A stretch of 64,000 bases of DNA, taken from a bacterium. GTDB lineage: Bacteria > Patescibacteriota > Patescibacteriia > UBA1558 > GWA2-36-10. Under the pieces are notes generated by a model that was not told the origin of the DNA, did no database searches, and worked only from the letters and a program-made list of their open reading frames with translations. The position numbers were made by a program, and so were the translations under genes. The DNA is taken from positions 3,433 to 67,432 of the forward strand of contig JABIAL010000016.1 of NCBI GenBank assembly GCA_018653315.1. Reading direction: 5' to 3'. Below are positions 1 to 10,087 of the stretch, in pieces. Positions within the stretch are counted from its first letter, which is position 1. Each line of letters opens with the position of its first letter.

Positions 1-618
1 GCTGTTAATCAGCTGGATAATTATAAATTTGGTACCGTTGGTAAGGCTTTGGACTGCAATAAGGTAAAAATAGCAGAGAATAAAGAGATTATTGTTAGCG
101 GAGACAATGTAATGATGGGTTATTATGATAATCCAGAAGCAACAAAAGAGGTGATTAAAGATGGTTGGTTTTATACTGGTGATTTGGGCTTTATTGATGA
201 GGATGGTTTTTTGACTATTATTGGTAGAGCTAAAGATATCATTGTCTTATCGACAGGTAAGAATATATTTCCTGAGCCGATAGAAAATGCATTAAATGAA
301 AGCAAATATATTAATCAAAGTTTTGTTTATGGCGATAATGATAAGAATCTTTCAGTTTTAATAGTTCCTGATTTTGAAGAGTTAGCTATTTGGTCTCGTA
401 AAAATGATGTAGATTTTTCTTTACCAGATGCTTTAAAGAATAGCAAGGTTTTGATTCTGTATAAAAAGAAAATAGATAAGTGGTTGAAGGGTTTTTCTGA
501 GATTGAAAAAGTACAAAATTTTATTTTAGTTAGTGAGGAATTTAGTCAGGAGAATGGCTTATTGACTCCAACTTTAAAGTTGAGAAGAAAAATGATTAAA
601 GGTAAGTTTGATTTATGA
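1..618 (+). CDS. Long-chain fatty acid-CoA ligase / AMP-binding protein, C-terminal part (5' truncated by the window edge)
   Basis: Frame open from base 1 (…GTVGKAL). Motifs VMMGYY, DGWFYTGDLG, IIGRAKDIIV.STGKNIFP and LTPTLKLRR are typical of FadD15-like ligases. Confidence 0.9.
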   Translation, partial: AVNQLDNYKFGTVGKALDCNKVKIAENKEIIVSGDNVMMGYYDNPEATKEVIKDGWFYTGDLGFIDEDGFLTIIGRAKDIIVLSTGKNIFPEPIENALNESKYINQSFVYGDNDKNLSVLIVPDFEELAIWSRKNDVDFSLPDALKNSKVLILYKKKIDKWLKGFSEIEKVQNFILVSEEFSQENGLLTPTLKLRRKMIKGKFDL

Positions 619-639
619 TGATTTAATTAATTTTTAAAT

Positions 640-1332
640 ATGGGCATACAAAATATAAGTATTCTTATTATCAGTTCTCTTACCATATTGTTAGGATTTT
701 TGGTATTAAGAAAAAAATATAAAAATCCTGGTAATACATGGTATTTTTTAATGTGCCTTTTCGGTGGTGGTTGGGGAGTTATGAAAGCGATAGAGCTTTC
801 TTCAACGAGCGTCTATTGGCATGATTTTGTGTTTAAATTTGTTATGTTTTTTGGTATAATGGCACCATTGGCATATTTTATGTTAGCGTATAATTTTATT
901 TATAAAGTCAAAAATTTACCTAAAATATTATTATATTTCATATCTTCTGTTACTATAGTATTAGCTATTTTAAGTTTCGCGGGAGTATTAAAGTATGTTG
1001 ATGCTGCTATCATAGACGGTGTATTGTATAGAAATATTATTTTTTGGGATTATTTAATTTTTGTAGTTTACTTTTTTGTTTATGTATTCTTAGGACTTAT
1101 TATTTTGTTTAAAAAATATACCACAGCAGAAGGCACACATAAGAATCAATTTAGGTATTTAATAATCGGTACTGCTTTAACATTTTTGGTAACAGGCGTT
1201 GTAAGTGTAATTTTTTTATTGTTTAATAATTTTACATATGATTGGCTTGGCGCGATATTTTTGTCAATTCATTTATTGATTATTAGTCATTTTTTGTTTA
1301 TTAAACCAAAGATAGTCGCAAGTAGGGAGTGA
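640..1332 (+). CDS. Stand-alone HisKA_7TM-like membrane sensor domain protein
   Basis: About 7 hydrophobic segments. KKY..AEG..KNQFRYLIIGT resembles KKY.HSNA.EKEQIKYILIGT in the kinase at 2734. Confidence 0.7.
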   Translation: MGIQNISILIISSLTILLGFLVLRKKYKNPGNTWYFLMCLFGGGWGVMKAIELSSTSVYWHDFVFKFVMFFGIMAPLAYFMLAYNFIYKVKNLPKILLYFISSVTIVLAILSFAGVLKYVDAAIIDGVLYRNIIFWDYLIFVVYFFVYVFLGLIILFKKYTTAEGTHKNQFRYLIIGTALTFLVTGVVSVIFLLFNNFTYDWLGAIFLSIHLLIISHFLFIKPKIVASRE

Positions 1333-1338
1333 TATTTT

Positions 1339-2064
1339 ATGAAATATGAGTTAGAAGAAAAATTTTGGTTAAAGTATTTTAATGTTTATGATGCATTAGT
1401 TAATTTGATTCCTTACCAAAATGTTTTAGAAGACATTATATCTCTTTTGCCTAGTAAGAATTTAAAAATTTTAGAAACAGGATGTGGAACTGGTAATTTA
1501 ATTTTTTACATAGCTGATAATGTAAAGTATAAAAGATTAGTAGGAGTAGATTATTCTCTTGCGGCATTGACATTGGCTAATAAAAAAATAGAAAATAGAA
1601 AAAATATCATATTTAAATATGCTGACATAAGACAACATTTTGTATTTAAGGATGAAGAATTTGAAGTAATAGTTATGAATAATGTTTTGTATACATTGCC
1701 CGTTTCTAAGAGACAGGATTTAATACATGAAGTTTATAGGATGCTTAAACCAGGAGGTATTTTTATATTATCAAATATTAATATTCATTTTAAACCAATG
1801 TTGATATATAAAACACATATTTTAAAATCTATAAAAAAGAAAGGTTTCATTGTTACTATTACGCAGGTTTTTCAATTGATATATCCGACTGTAATGATTT
1901 TTTATTATAATTTTTTAATAAAAAAATCTAATAAGGGAGGTTTATATGATTTTATCAAACAAGGTGAACAGGCGGATTTATTGAGAAATAGTAAATTTAA
2001 AATAAATATTAATGATAAGCTAACTTATGCAGGAAGTGCATTTTTATCTAAAGGAACAAAATGA
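1339..2064 (+). CDS. Class I SAM-dependent methyltransferase
   Basis: ILETGCGTG motif I, GVDYS, YRMLKPGG. Confidence 0.9.
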   Translation: MKYELEEKFWLKYFNVYDALVNLIPYQNVLEDIISLLPSKNLKILETGCGTGNLIFYIADNVKYKRLVGVDYSLAALTLANKKIENRKNIIFKYADIRQHFVFKDEEFEVIVMNNVLYTLPVSKRQDLIHEVYRMLKPGGIFILSNINIHFKPMLIYKTHILKSIKKKGFIVTITQVFQLIYPTVMIFYYNFLIKKSNKGGLYDFIKQGEQADLLRNSKFKININDKLTYAGSAFLSKGTK

Positions 2065-2747
2065 TTGTATTAAAAAAGTATAATGTTAATTGTCTTGGTA
2101 TAACAGACAATCTCTTAGTCTTTATTCCTAATACTTATATTGAAAAACAAAAAATGTATAAATTTCGATATAACGTTTATTTAAAAAAACATTATATTAC
2201 ACCAAACTTAGATATGTTGGATATAGATATTTATGACAAAGAAAATGGTGTAATATATATAAACGTATTTAGTGTTAAATTGAAAAAGATATTAGGTTCG
2301 GTAAGGATAATAACTAGACAAAATTTACCAATATTAAAAGATTGTTTTAATTTTAAAGAACCGCTTAGTATTAAATTATTTGCTAAACATAATATTGCTG
2401 AGTTGAGCCGCTTAATTATAATGCCATATACGAAAAATAAATTTTTACCTAGGCATTTAATATTAATCATTATGATAAAGGAGGTTTTACAGATACTTAA
2501 AGATAAAAAAATATTTTTTGTATATGCATTTATTAAAAGTAAATTATACTTTAAATTTAAAAAAATAAAATTGCCATTTTACAGCATCAAAAATTATAAT
2601 ATGAAATATAATGATGGTGTATTGAAAGAATATTTTAATCAAAAAAATGATCCGGTTTTACCTGTGTACTTTAATTATTTTTTTGTTAAATTATTTTTAG
2701 TACTTACATACGTAAAAATAAAAAAATATATAAATGTTATTGATTAA
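2061..2747 (+). CDS. GNAT-fold N-acyl amino acid synthase (FeeM/LuxI-like)
   Basis: FRYNVY...DIDIYD...GSVRII...LPI...AELSRL matches the R-Y-x-V-Y, D-x-x-D, R and E-x-S-R pattern of FeeM/acyl-homoserine-lactone synthase-like proteins. Confidence 0.7.
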   Translation: MIVLKKYNVNCLGITDNLLVFIPNTYIEKQKMYKFRYNVYLKKHYITPNLDMLDIDIYDKENGVIYINVFSVKLKKILGSVRIITRQNLPILKDCFNFKEPLSIKLFAKHNIAELSRLIIMPYTKNKFLPRHLILIIMIKEVLQILKDKKIFFVYAFIKSKLYFKFKKIKLPFYSIKNYNMKYNDGVLKEYFNQKNDPVLPVYFNYFFVKLFLVLTYVKIKKYINVID

Positions 2748-5547
2748 TTTTTTATTACTAATTTCTTTTTTGATTAATCTTTTTTTTGGATTTTTTGTAT
2801 TATTAAAGAGAAAATCAGTAGATTATACCAGGTTAATTCTAGGCTTAATTTCAGTTGTAGTAGCCTTTTGGTGCCTTTCTTTATATCTTTATAGATTGAA
2901 TAGCGATGTTTTTCATATTGAATTGTGGGGTAAGATAGCACATATATTTGGTGCACTATTAGCACCATTGTTTTTATTTTTTGTATTTTATTTTATATAC
3001 AAGAATGTTATTAAGCGTATATTATTTAAAATAGTATTACCATCAATTTTATTTATTATAGTTGCTATATTATTATTGTTTACAGATTGGATCATAGGTG
3101 GTGGCTATGTGGTGAATAACGTTAATAATGTAGAATTATTTTTTGGATATTATATTTATATATTTTATTTGGTCATTCATTTTAATTTAGGTTTTATATT
3201 GTTAATAAAAAAATATACACATAGTAACGCATTAGAAAAAGAACAAATAAAATATATTTTAATAGGTACTGTTATTTCTTCATTGGGTGCTATAATTTTT
3301 GATTTAGTATATCCAATTTTTGTTGATTTTTCATTAAATTGGGTGGGTCCAGTTGTTACTATAACCATGGTAGTATCCATGGCATATGCTATCATTAGAT
3401 ATCGTTTAATGAATATTAAATTAATATTGGCACGTAGTATTCTTTATACCATTTTAGTTGGTACTGTGGCTAGTTTTTTTGCTTTTTTGCTTTTTTATAT
3501 TGGTCCGATATTATTTGGAGACACTAACAAAGGGCGTGTTATTAGCACTATTATTAGTTCTATTTTGATTGTTTTACTTTTGGATCCAATCAAGCGAGTT
3601 TGGGCAAAAATAACGGATAGTATTTTTTATAAAGATAAAATTAATTATCAACAAGTATTGCGTCATACTAGTGGTGTTATAGCCCGTGAGATTGATTTAG
3701 ATGATTTATTAGCTAATTTGACTAAGTTATTAGCTACAGAATTGAAGTTGAAACAAACCTTGGTGTTAATGCCAAGAGATAATAATTTCACTTTGATAGC
3801 GAGTTCAGCAGGAGTTAAATCACAGGTACAAATTACTAAACAGACCACTCAATATTTTGTTGATAACCATGGTTTTTTGATTACAGAAGAATTAATAAAA
3901 TTGCATGATGATTTTCATGATCAGAAAAAACAGCAGGAGTTAAATCATGTTATTCAGGAATTAGAACAAATTAAAGCAGAGATGGTGATTCCAATTGTTG
4001 AAGCAGATAAAACAGTAGCTTTGCTTGTTTTGGATCGTAAACTTTCTGGGGATATTTATGATAGTGCAGATATTGATTTTTTCAAGATTTTAGCTCCACA
4101 GATCGCTACGGCTATTGAGAAGTCTAAATTATATGAAGAAGTACAGGAATTAAACCGTGACTTACAAGCCAAGGTGGATGAGCGCACCAAGAGCTTAGAA
4201 CAGGCTAATGCAGATTTAGAATCGCGTAATCGTTATTTGACTACTATGCAGGTAATTCTAAATATGATTAGTCGTAGCTTAGATCTAAAAAAAGTTACCC
4301 AGATGATCGCCGATAGCATTGCTTCTGAGCTTGGCTATATTGGCGGTGTTTTAAGTTTTGTCAACGGCGATGGTAAATTACGAGTGAAGGCAGTAACACA
4401 GAATCATAAGGCCAAAACAGCTATAGATCTTTTGCCAGAAGATATATTTAAGTATAAAGCAGATTTAAAACATGGCTATAATCTAGGGGTGGATACTGTT
4501 TTGTCTGCTAAGATTAATTTTTCTCCCAAAATGACTGATTTTTTCTCACCGCCAGTTGATGAGGGAGTTATCGATAAAATTCAAGAACACCTTGGTGTAA
4601 AAACGATTATTGGCATTCCTATTTTTTCAGAAGATAAAATTATCGGTATTGTTCATTTTTTAGTCGCTGTAGAGAGAGAAAAAATTTCTTCTTTGGATAT
4701 TGAAATGATGACATCTTTGACCAATCAGGTAGGAATAGTTTCTCGTAATTTAGAGCTATACGAAAATTTACAAAAAGTAAATAAAGATTTACATGAAGCT
4801 AATACTCATCTAAAAGTTTTGGATAAAGCAAAGTCAGAATTTTTATCTATTGCCTCTCATCAATTACGTACGCCAATTTCCGCTATTAAAGGCTATCTAT
4901 CTATGATGATTGATGGTGATTTTGGTAAGATTCCAAATAATATCAGCAAATTAATTAGTGATTTATTTGAAAGTGCTTCTCGTTTAGCTAGAACTATTAA
5001 TGTCTTTTTAAATGTTTCTCGTATTGAAGCTGGACGTTTAAAATTAGATAAACATGCTGTGCAAATCGATACTATGGTTACTAGCGTTATCACTGAATTA
5101 CAAAATGCAGCTATTAATAAAGGCATTAAATTGAGTTATATAAAATCAAAGCAAGAAGTTCCCTTGATTTATGCAGATAATGATAAATTGCGAGAAGTAG
5201 TTTTGAATTTAATAGACAATGCTATTAAATATACTCCAAAAGGGTCAATAGAAGTTTTTTTAGAATTTAATGAGCAAGTTTTGACTTTTATTTCTCGTGA
5301 TACAGGCATTGGTATTCACACAGAAGAAGCACGGACTTTGTTTAGAAAATTTGTGCGTGGTGACGGAGTAGCTCAAATTCATACTGGCGGTTCTGGTTTA
5401 GGTTTATTTATTGCTCAGAAGATAGTCAAAGAGCATGATGGTCGTATTTGGGTAGAAAGCGAAGGCAAAGGTAAGGGTAGTGTTTTTAAATTTGAAGTAC
5501 CAATAGCAACTGAAAAGCAAATAGCTGACGCATCAGCCGAAGAATAA
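2734..5547 (+). CDS. 7TM-GAF-GAF sensor histidine kinase
   Basis: N-terminal multi-TM domain, two GAF-like segments, H-box ASHQLRTP, N-box NLIDNAIKYT, DTGIG and GSGLGL. Confidence 0.93.
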   Translation: MLLINFLLLISFLINLFFGFFVLLKRKSVDYTRLILGLISVVVAFWCLSLYLYRLNSDVFHIELWGKIAHIFGALLAPLFLFFVFYFIYKNVIKRILFKIVLPSILFIIVAILLLFTDWIIGGGYVVNNVNNVELFFGYYIYIFYLVIHFNLGFILLIKKYTHSNALEKEQIKYILIGTVISSLGAIIFDLVYPIFVDFSLNWVGPVVTITMVVSMAYAIIRYRLMNIKLILARSILYTILVGTVASFFAFLLFYIGPILFGDTNKGRVISTIISSILIVLLLDPIKRVWAKITDSIFYKDKINYQQVLRHTSGVIAREIDLDDLLANLTKLLATELKLKQTLVLMPRDNNFTLIASSAGVKSQVQITKQTTQYFVDNHGFLITEELIKLHDDFHDQKKQQELNHVIQELEQIKAEMVIPIVEADKTVALLVLDRKLSGDIYDSADIDFFKILAPQIATAIEKSKLYEEVQELNRDLQAKVDERTKSLEQANADLESRNRYLTTMQVILNMISRSLDLKKVTQMIADSIASELGYIGGVLSFVNGDGKLRVKAVTQNHKAKTAIDLLPEDIFKYKADLKHGYNLGVDTVLSAKINFSPKMTDFFSPPVDEGVIDKIQEHLGVKTIIGIPIFSEDKIIGIVHFLVAVEREKISSLDIEMMTSLTNQVGIVSRNLELYENLQKVNKDLHEANTHLKVLDKAKSEFLSIASHQLRTPISAIKGYLSMMIDGDFGKIPNNISKLISDLFESASRLARTINVFLNVSRIEAGRLKLDKHAVQIDTMVTSVITELQNAAINKGIKLSYIKSKQEVPLIYADNDKLREVVLNLIDNAIKYTPKGSIEVFLEFNEQVLTFISRDTGIGIHTEEARTLFRKFVRGDGVAQIHTGGSGLGLFIAQKIVKEHDGRIWVESEGKGKGSVFKFEVPIATEKQIADASAEE

Positions 5548-5560
5548 TAGTTTTAAAATA

Positions 5561-5602
5561 AAAACCACGTAGTCTTATTTGATAAGATTTACGTGGTTTT
5601 TT
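5561..5602 (+). terminator. Intrinsic terminator (bidirectional-type)
   Basis: AAAACCACGT...ACGTGGTTTTTT stem with T-run after the kinase. Confidence 0.8.
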
Positions 5603-5682
5603 GTTATTATTTATGCACAATTTATCTTTGTTTTTGGGCGTTAGTTATGTTATAATAGCATTAATAATTATATAAATTTTTT

Positions 5683-6057
5683 ATGAAAACTAGCAATTCA
5701 ATTTGGCTGTTTCTTTTGATTTTTGTCTTTGTTATTGGTCTTTTTTTATTTTTAAATAAATCTACTGTCCAAGATAAAACACAGCTAACGCTAGCTGATG
5801 TATCTGAGTGTCAATCAGAGAAGATTGAAATATCTGTTTGGCAATTACCTGCTAATACGATTTTACTTAATACTTTTATTAGTTTTAAAAGTTTTCCTTT
5901 GGCTGAAGAATTAAAAGATAAGATAACTAATTGGGGGATCGCCTTAGATGAAAATTCTTTAATTTTTGATTATCTATGGGCCAGTATTCCAGTTGAACAT
6001 TTATGTGATTTAGTAGAATTAGATGAAGTTACTTCTGTTTTTACTTTAAATAAATAA
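5683..6057 (+). CDS. Hypothetical membrane-anchored protein
   Basis: N-terminal TM/signal segment; first gene of the pgk-eno-gpmI unit, after TGnTATAAT at 5648-5656. Confidence 0.65.
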   Translation: MKTSNSIWLFLLIFVFVIGLFLFLNKSTVQDKTQLTLADVSECQSEKIEISVWQLPANTILLNTFISFKSFPLAEELKDKITNWGIALDENSLIFDYLWASIPVEHLCDLVELDEVTSVFTLNK

Positions 6058-6058
6058 G

Positions 6059-7222
6059 ATGAAACTAAAAAGTATCAAACAAATCAAAAATCTTAAAGCT
6101 AAGCGAATTTTATTACGCTTGGATTTAAATGTGCCGATTAAAAAAGGAAAGATCAGACAAGCAGACACTTGGCGTTTAGAGCAAGCTGTCTCGACTATAA
6201 ATTATTTGGCTAATAAGGGGGCTAAGGTTATTATTTTGGCTCACTTGGGTCGTCCAAATGGAAAGAAAATTAGAGCACTTTCTCTGCGTCCAGTGGCAGA
6301 ATATTTATCCAAATTAACTGGCCGGGCAATTAATTTATGGACAGAAGATTTAACAAATTATCAGACGGCTAGTCAAGAATTAGCAGTTGGTCAAGTCGTG
6401 ATGTTGGAAAATATTCGTTTTCATCCACGGGAAAAGAAAAATTGTAAACGTTTGGCTAAGACGCTTAGTAAATTAGCAGATATTTATGTTAACGATGCTT
6501 TTGGTAATGTACATCGTCAAGATACTTCAATGCTTGCTATTACTGAATTTTTACCTAGTTACGCTGGTTTGAGATTAATAGAAGAGATTAAGCAGTTGAC
6601 TAATATTTTACAAACTAAAAAAGGTTTAATTCTTTTATTGGGTGGTGCTAAAGTAGCTACTAAAATTGAATTATTAAAAAAATTTATTAGGAAAGCAGAC
6701 CATGTTTTGTTAGGCGGTATGCTGGCAAATACTTTTTTAGTAGCTCGAGGATATGATTTAGGGCATTCTTTATTAAACAAAGAAGAGCTAATAGTAGCTA
6801 AAAAGTTGACCAGTAAGAAATTAGTTTTACCTTTAGATGCAACTATGGCCAATAGCTTGCAAGCTAAGAAGTGTTTTATAGCTGATATTGATCAGATACC
6901 TGCTAAAATGATGGCTGTAGACATTGGTCCTAAAACATTACTTGAGTATAGTAAGATTTTAGCTAAGGCTAAAGTAGTGGTTTGGAACGGTCCTTTGGGT
7001 TATTTTGAAAATGATAAAGTTATAGATAATTCTGTAAAATTAGCCAAAAAATTAAGTAAGATAAAAGCCAAAACTATTGTTGGTGGCGGAGAGACAGTAG
7101 CCATGATTAGTCGTTTTGGTTTACGTCAAAAATTTGATTTTGTCTCTACTGGTGGTGGATCAATGATAGCTTTTTTAGAGGGACACAAATTACCGGTGTT
7201 AGAAAAATTAAAAATTAAATAA
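6059..7222 (+). CDS. pgk: Phosphoglycerate kinase
   Basis: RLDLNVP, AHLGRP, LENIRF, NDAFG, WNGPLG, STGGG. Confidence 0.97.
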   Translation: MKLKSIKQIKNLKAKRILLRLDLNVPIKKGKIRQADTWRLEQAVSTINYLANKGAKVIILAHLGRPNGKKIRALSLRPVAEYLSKLTGRAINLWTEDLTNYQTASQELAVGQVVMLENIRFHPREKKNCKRLAKTLSKLADIYVNDAFGNVHRQDTSMLAITEFLPSYAGLRLIEEIKQLTNILQTKKGLILLLGGAKVATKIELLKKFIRKADHVLLGGMLANTFLVARGYDLGHSLLNKEELIVAKKLTSKKLVLPLDATMANSLQAKKCFIADIDQIPAKMMAVDIGPKTLLEYSKILAKAKVVVWNGPLGYFENDKVIDNSVKLAKKLSKIKAKTIVGGGETVAMISRFGLRQKFDFVSTGGGSMIAFLEGHKLPVLEKLKIK

Positions 7223-7236
7223 CATTTTTAGTGTGT

Positions 7237-8508
7237 ATGCCAGATAAAATAAAAAAAATAACGGCTTTAGAAATATTAGATTCACGTGGTGAACCAACTT
7301 TGCAAGTAGAAGTAGAATTATCCAATGGAACAATTGGACAGGCTTCCGTGCCATCTGGTGCTTCAACCGGACGTTTTGAGGCCTACGAATTAAGAGATGA
7401 CGATGCTTTTCGTTATGGTGGAAAAGGCGTTTTGAAGGCTGTGGATAATGTAAATAAAATTTTAAATAAAGAGCTCAATGGCTTACGAGTGGTAGAACAA
7501 AAACAAATTGATGACTTAATGCTTAGTATAGACGGCACTAAAAATAAGAGTAAATTAGGAGCAAATGCTATTTTAGGTGTTTCTCTAGCAGTAGCTCATA
7601 CTGCTGCTAAGTCAACTGGACAACCGTTATATAAATATTTACGTCAGCTTTATAAGCCAGAATTAAAAACATATAATTTACCAACGCCGGTTGTTAATGT
7701 TATTAATGGTGGTAAACATGCTAGTACTAATATTGATTTGCAAGAATTTTGGATCGTACCTCATAAAGCAACTAAGTTTAAAGATAAATTACAGCAGGCT
7801 AGTAATATTTTTCATGCTTTAGGTGAATTATTACATTCAGTTGGCTATGATACTGATTTAGGCAATGAAGGTGGTTATGCACCAAATGTAAAATCACATC
7901 GCGAGATTTTTGATATGATTATGCAGGCAATAAATTCAGCGGGGCTTGAACCGGACAAGGATATTATTCTAGGAATTGACGCTGGTGCTTCAGTATTTTA
8001 TAACGCAGAAACAAAAACTTACGATCTTAATTTAGATAAATTAAGCATGAGCAGTGAAGAGATGGTTGATTATTATTTGGATCTAATAACAGAATATCCA
8101 TTAAGACTTTTGGAAGATCCATTTGAGGAAGAAGATTGGGCTACTTGGACTTTATTGAATAAAAATTCATTGATTAAGGATTATAAAATTAAAGTGATTG
8201 GTGATGATTTATTTGTTACGAATGTAAAACGTTTACAAAAAGGTTTGGAATTACAAGCAGCTAATTCTATTTTGATTAAACCAAACCAAATTGGTACATT
8301 ATCTGAGACTTTTGATGCTATTCGTTTGGCCCAGGATAATGATTACCAGATAATTATTTCTCATCGTAGTGGCGAGACAACTGATACGACTATTGCTGAT
8401 TTAGCTGTAGCAGTTGATGCTCAGTTTATTAAAACAGGTTCTACAGCTAGAGGTGAGAGGATCGCCAAATACAATCGTTTATTAAAAATTGAAGAAGATT
8501 TAAAATAA
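7237..8508 (+). CDS. eno: Enolase
   Basis: EILDSRG, VPSGASTG, IKPNQIG, SHRSGET. ATG at 7237 chosen over GTG at 7231. Confidence 0.97.
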   Translation: MPDKIKKITALEILDSRGEPTLQVEVELSNGTIGQASVPSGASTGRFEAYELRDDDAFRYGGKGVLKAVDNVNKILNKELNGLRVVEQKQIDDLMLSIDGTKNKSKLGANAILGVSLAVAHTAAKSTGQPLYKYLRQLYKPELKTYNLPTPVVNVINGGKHASTNIDLQEFWIVPHKATKFKDKLQQASNIFHALGELLHSVGYDTDLGNEGGYAPNVKSHREIFDMIMQAINSAGLEPDKDIILGIDAGASVFYNAETKTYDLNLDKLSMSSEEMVDYYLDLITEYPLRLLEDPFEEEDWATWTLLNKNSLIKDYKIKVIGDDLFVTNVKRLQKGLELQAANSILIKPNQIGTLSETFDAIRLAQDNDYQIIISHRSGETTDTTIADLAVAVDAQFIKTGSTARGERIAKYNRLLKIEEDLK

Positions 8509-8509
8509 C

Positions 8510-10087
8510 ATGCCTAAAAATATAAAAAATAAAACAACAAATACACCATTAGTTTTGGTTATTTTGGATGGTTGGGGTTTATGGAAAGAAACAGAAGGCA
8601 ATGCCATTGCTCAAGCCAAGACGCCGGTAATGGATGGCTTGTATAAGCAATATCCTCATACAAAAATAAATGCTTCAGAAAAAGAAGTTGGTTTATCTAA
8701 GAACCAGCCAGGAAATTCAGAAGCAGGACATATGAACATTGGTGCGGGAAGAGTAGTTGAACAAGATTCTATTAGTATTTCTAAGAGCATCAATAATGGT
8801 ACTTTTTTTAAGAATCCAGCTTTTTTGCAAGCAGCTACTCAGGTTACTAAAAATAAATCAGATATTCATCTAATTGGCTTACTATCTGATAAGTCTAGTC
8901 CACATGCTGATAATGATCATATTTTGTCCTTGTTAAGTTTTTTTGTAAATAAAACAGATCGTAATATTTATTTGCATTTGTTTACTGATGGTCGTGATAG
9001 TCCGCAATTTGCAGCTGCTCGTATTTTGGAAAAATATAAAATTATTTTTGATCGCAAACGAATAAAGATAGCTACTATTATGGGTCGTTTTTACGCCATG
9101 GATCGTAAAAAGACTTGGGATCGAACTGAGACTGCCTATAAGGCTATGGTTTTAGGTCAAGGCATAGAAGTGGAAAGTGCATCAGAAGCTGTTAATCAAG
9201 CCTATAATAGAGGAGAGAGCGATGAGTTTATTCAGCCAACTGTTATTGTTAAAAATAAAAAACCAATAGCCACTATAAAAGATAAAGACGCAGTAATATT
9301 CTTTAATTTGCGTTCAGATCGAGCACGACAATTAGCCAAGGTATTTGCTCAAACTAATTTTGAAAAGAAAAATAAAGGAGCTTTTAAACCCAAGAAAAAA
9401 TTTAAGAATTTATTATTTGTAGCTTTGACTGATTTTGGTCCTGATTTGGATAATATCTTAACTGCTTTCCCGGGTATTGATATACCAGAGACATTGCCAT
9501 TTACCTTGCGTGATTTACGTCAATTATATATTGCTGAAACAGAAAAATATGCCCATGTTACTTATTTTTTTAACGGTGGTTATGACCATGTGATAGCCGG
9601 TGAGGACAGAGTAGAAATTCCATCAAAGGATGTTGATTCTTATTCTACAGTGCCCGCTATGAGCACCAAGGAGGTTAATATACATGTTAGGAAAGTCATT
9701 AAGGAAGATAAATATGATTTTATTTGTGTAAATTTTGCTAGCCCAGATATGGTTGCTCATACAGGTGATTTGGTAGCTGGTATAAAAGCAGTGGAAGTAG
9801 TTGATACAGAATTAGGCAAGTTGGTAAATACTGTTTTGAAGAAAAATGGCACTATTATTGTTACGGCTGATCATGGCAATATTGAAGAGATGATAAATTT
9901 AGAAACTAAAGAAATCGATACTAAGCATTCTATTAATCCGGTGCCTTTGATTGTAATAAATCATATAAAATATAAATTAAGAAAAAATGGTAAATTAGCA
10001 GATATTGCACCTACCATTTTAGATATTTTAGACTTGCCAAAACCAAAATTGATGCAAGCAAAATCTTTAATAAAATCGAGAGTATGA
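8510..10087 (+). CDS. gpmI: 2,3-bisphosphoglycerate-independent phosphoglycerate mutase (copy 1)
   Basis: ILDGWG, GNSEAGH, DGRD, GRFYAMDR, AETEKYAHVT, TADHGN. Confidence 0.96.
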   Translation: MPKNIKNKTTNTPLVLVILDGWGLWKETEGNAIAQAKTPVMDGLYKQYPHTKINASEKEVGLSKNQPGNSEAGHMNIGAGRVVEQDSISISKSINNGTFFKNPAFLQAATQVTKNKSDIHLIGLLSDKSSPHADNDHILSLLSFFVNKTDRNIYLHLFTDGRDSPQFAAARILEKYKIIFDRKRIKIATIMGRFYAMDRKKTWDRTETAYKAMVLGQGIEVESASEAVNQAYNRGESDEFIQPTVIVKNKKPIATIKDKDAVIFFNLRSDRARQLAKVFAQTNFEKKNKGAFKPKKKFKNLLFVALTDFGPDLDNILTAFPGIDIPETLPFTLRDLRQLYIAETEKYAHVTYFFNGGYDHVIAGEDRVEIPSKDVDSYSTVPAMSTKEVNIHVRKVIKEDKYDFICVNFASPDMVAHTGDLVAGIKAVEVVDTELGKLVNTVLKKNGTIIVTADHGNIEEMINLETKEIDTKHSINPVPLIVINHIKYKLRKNGKLADIAPTILDILDLPKPKLMQAKSLIKSRV

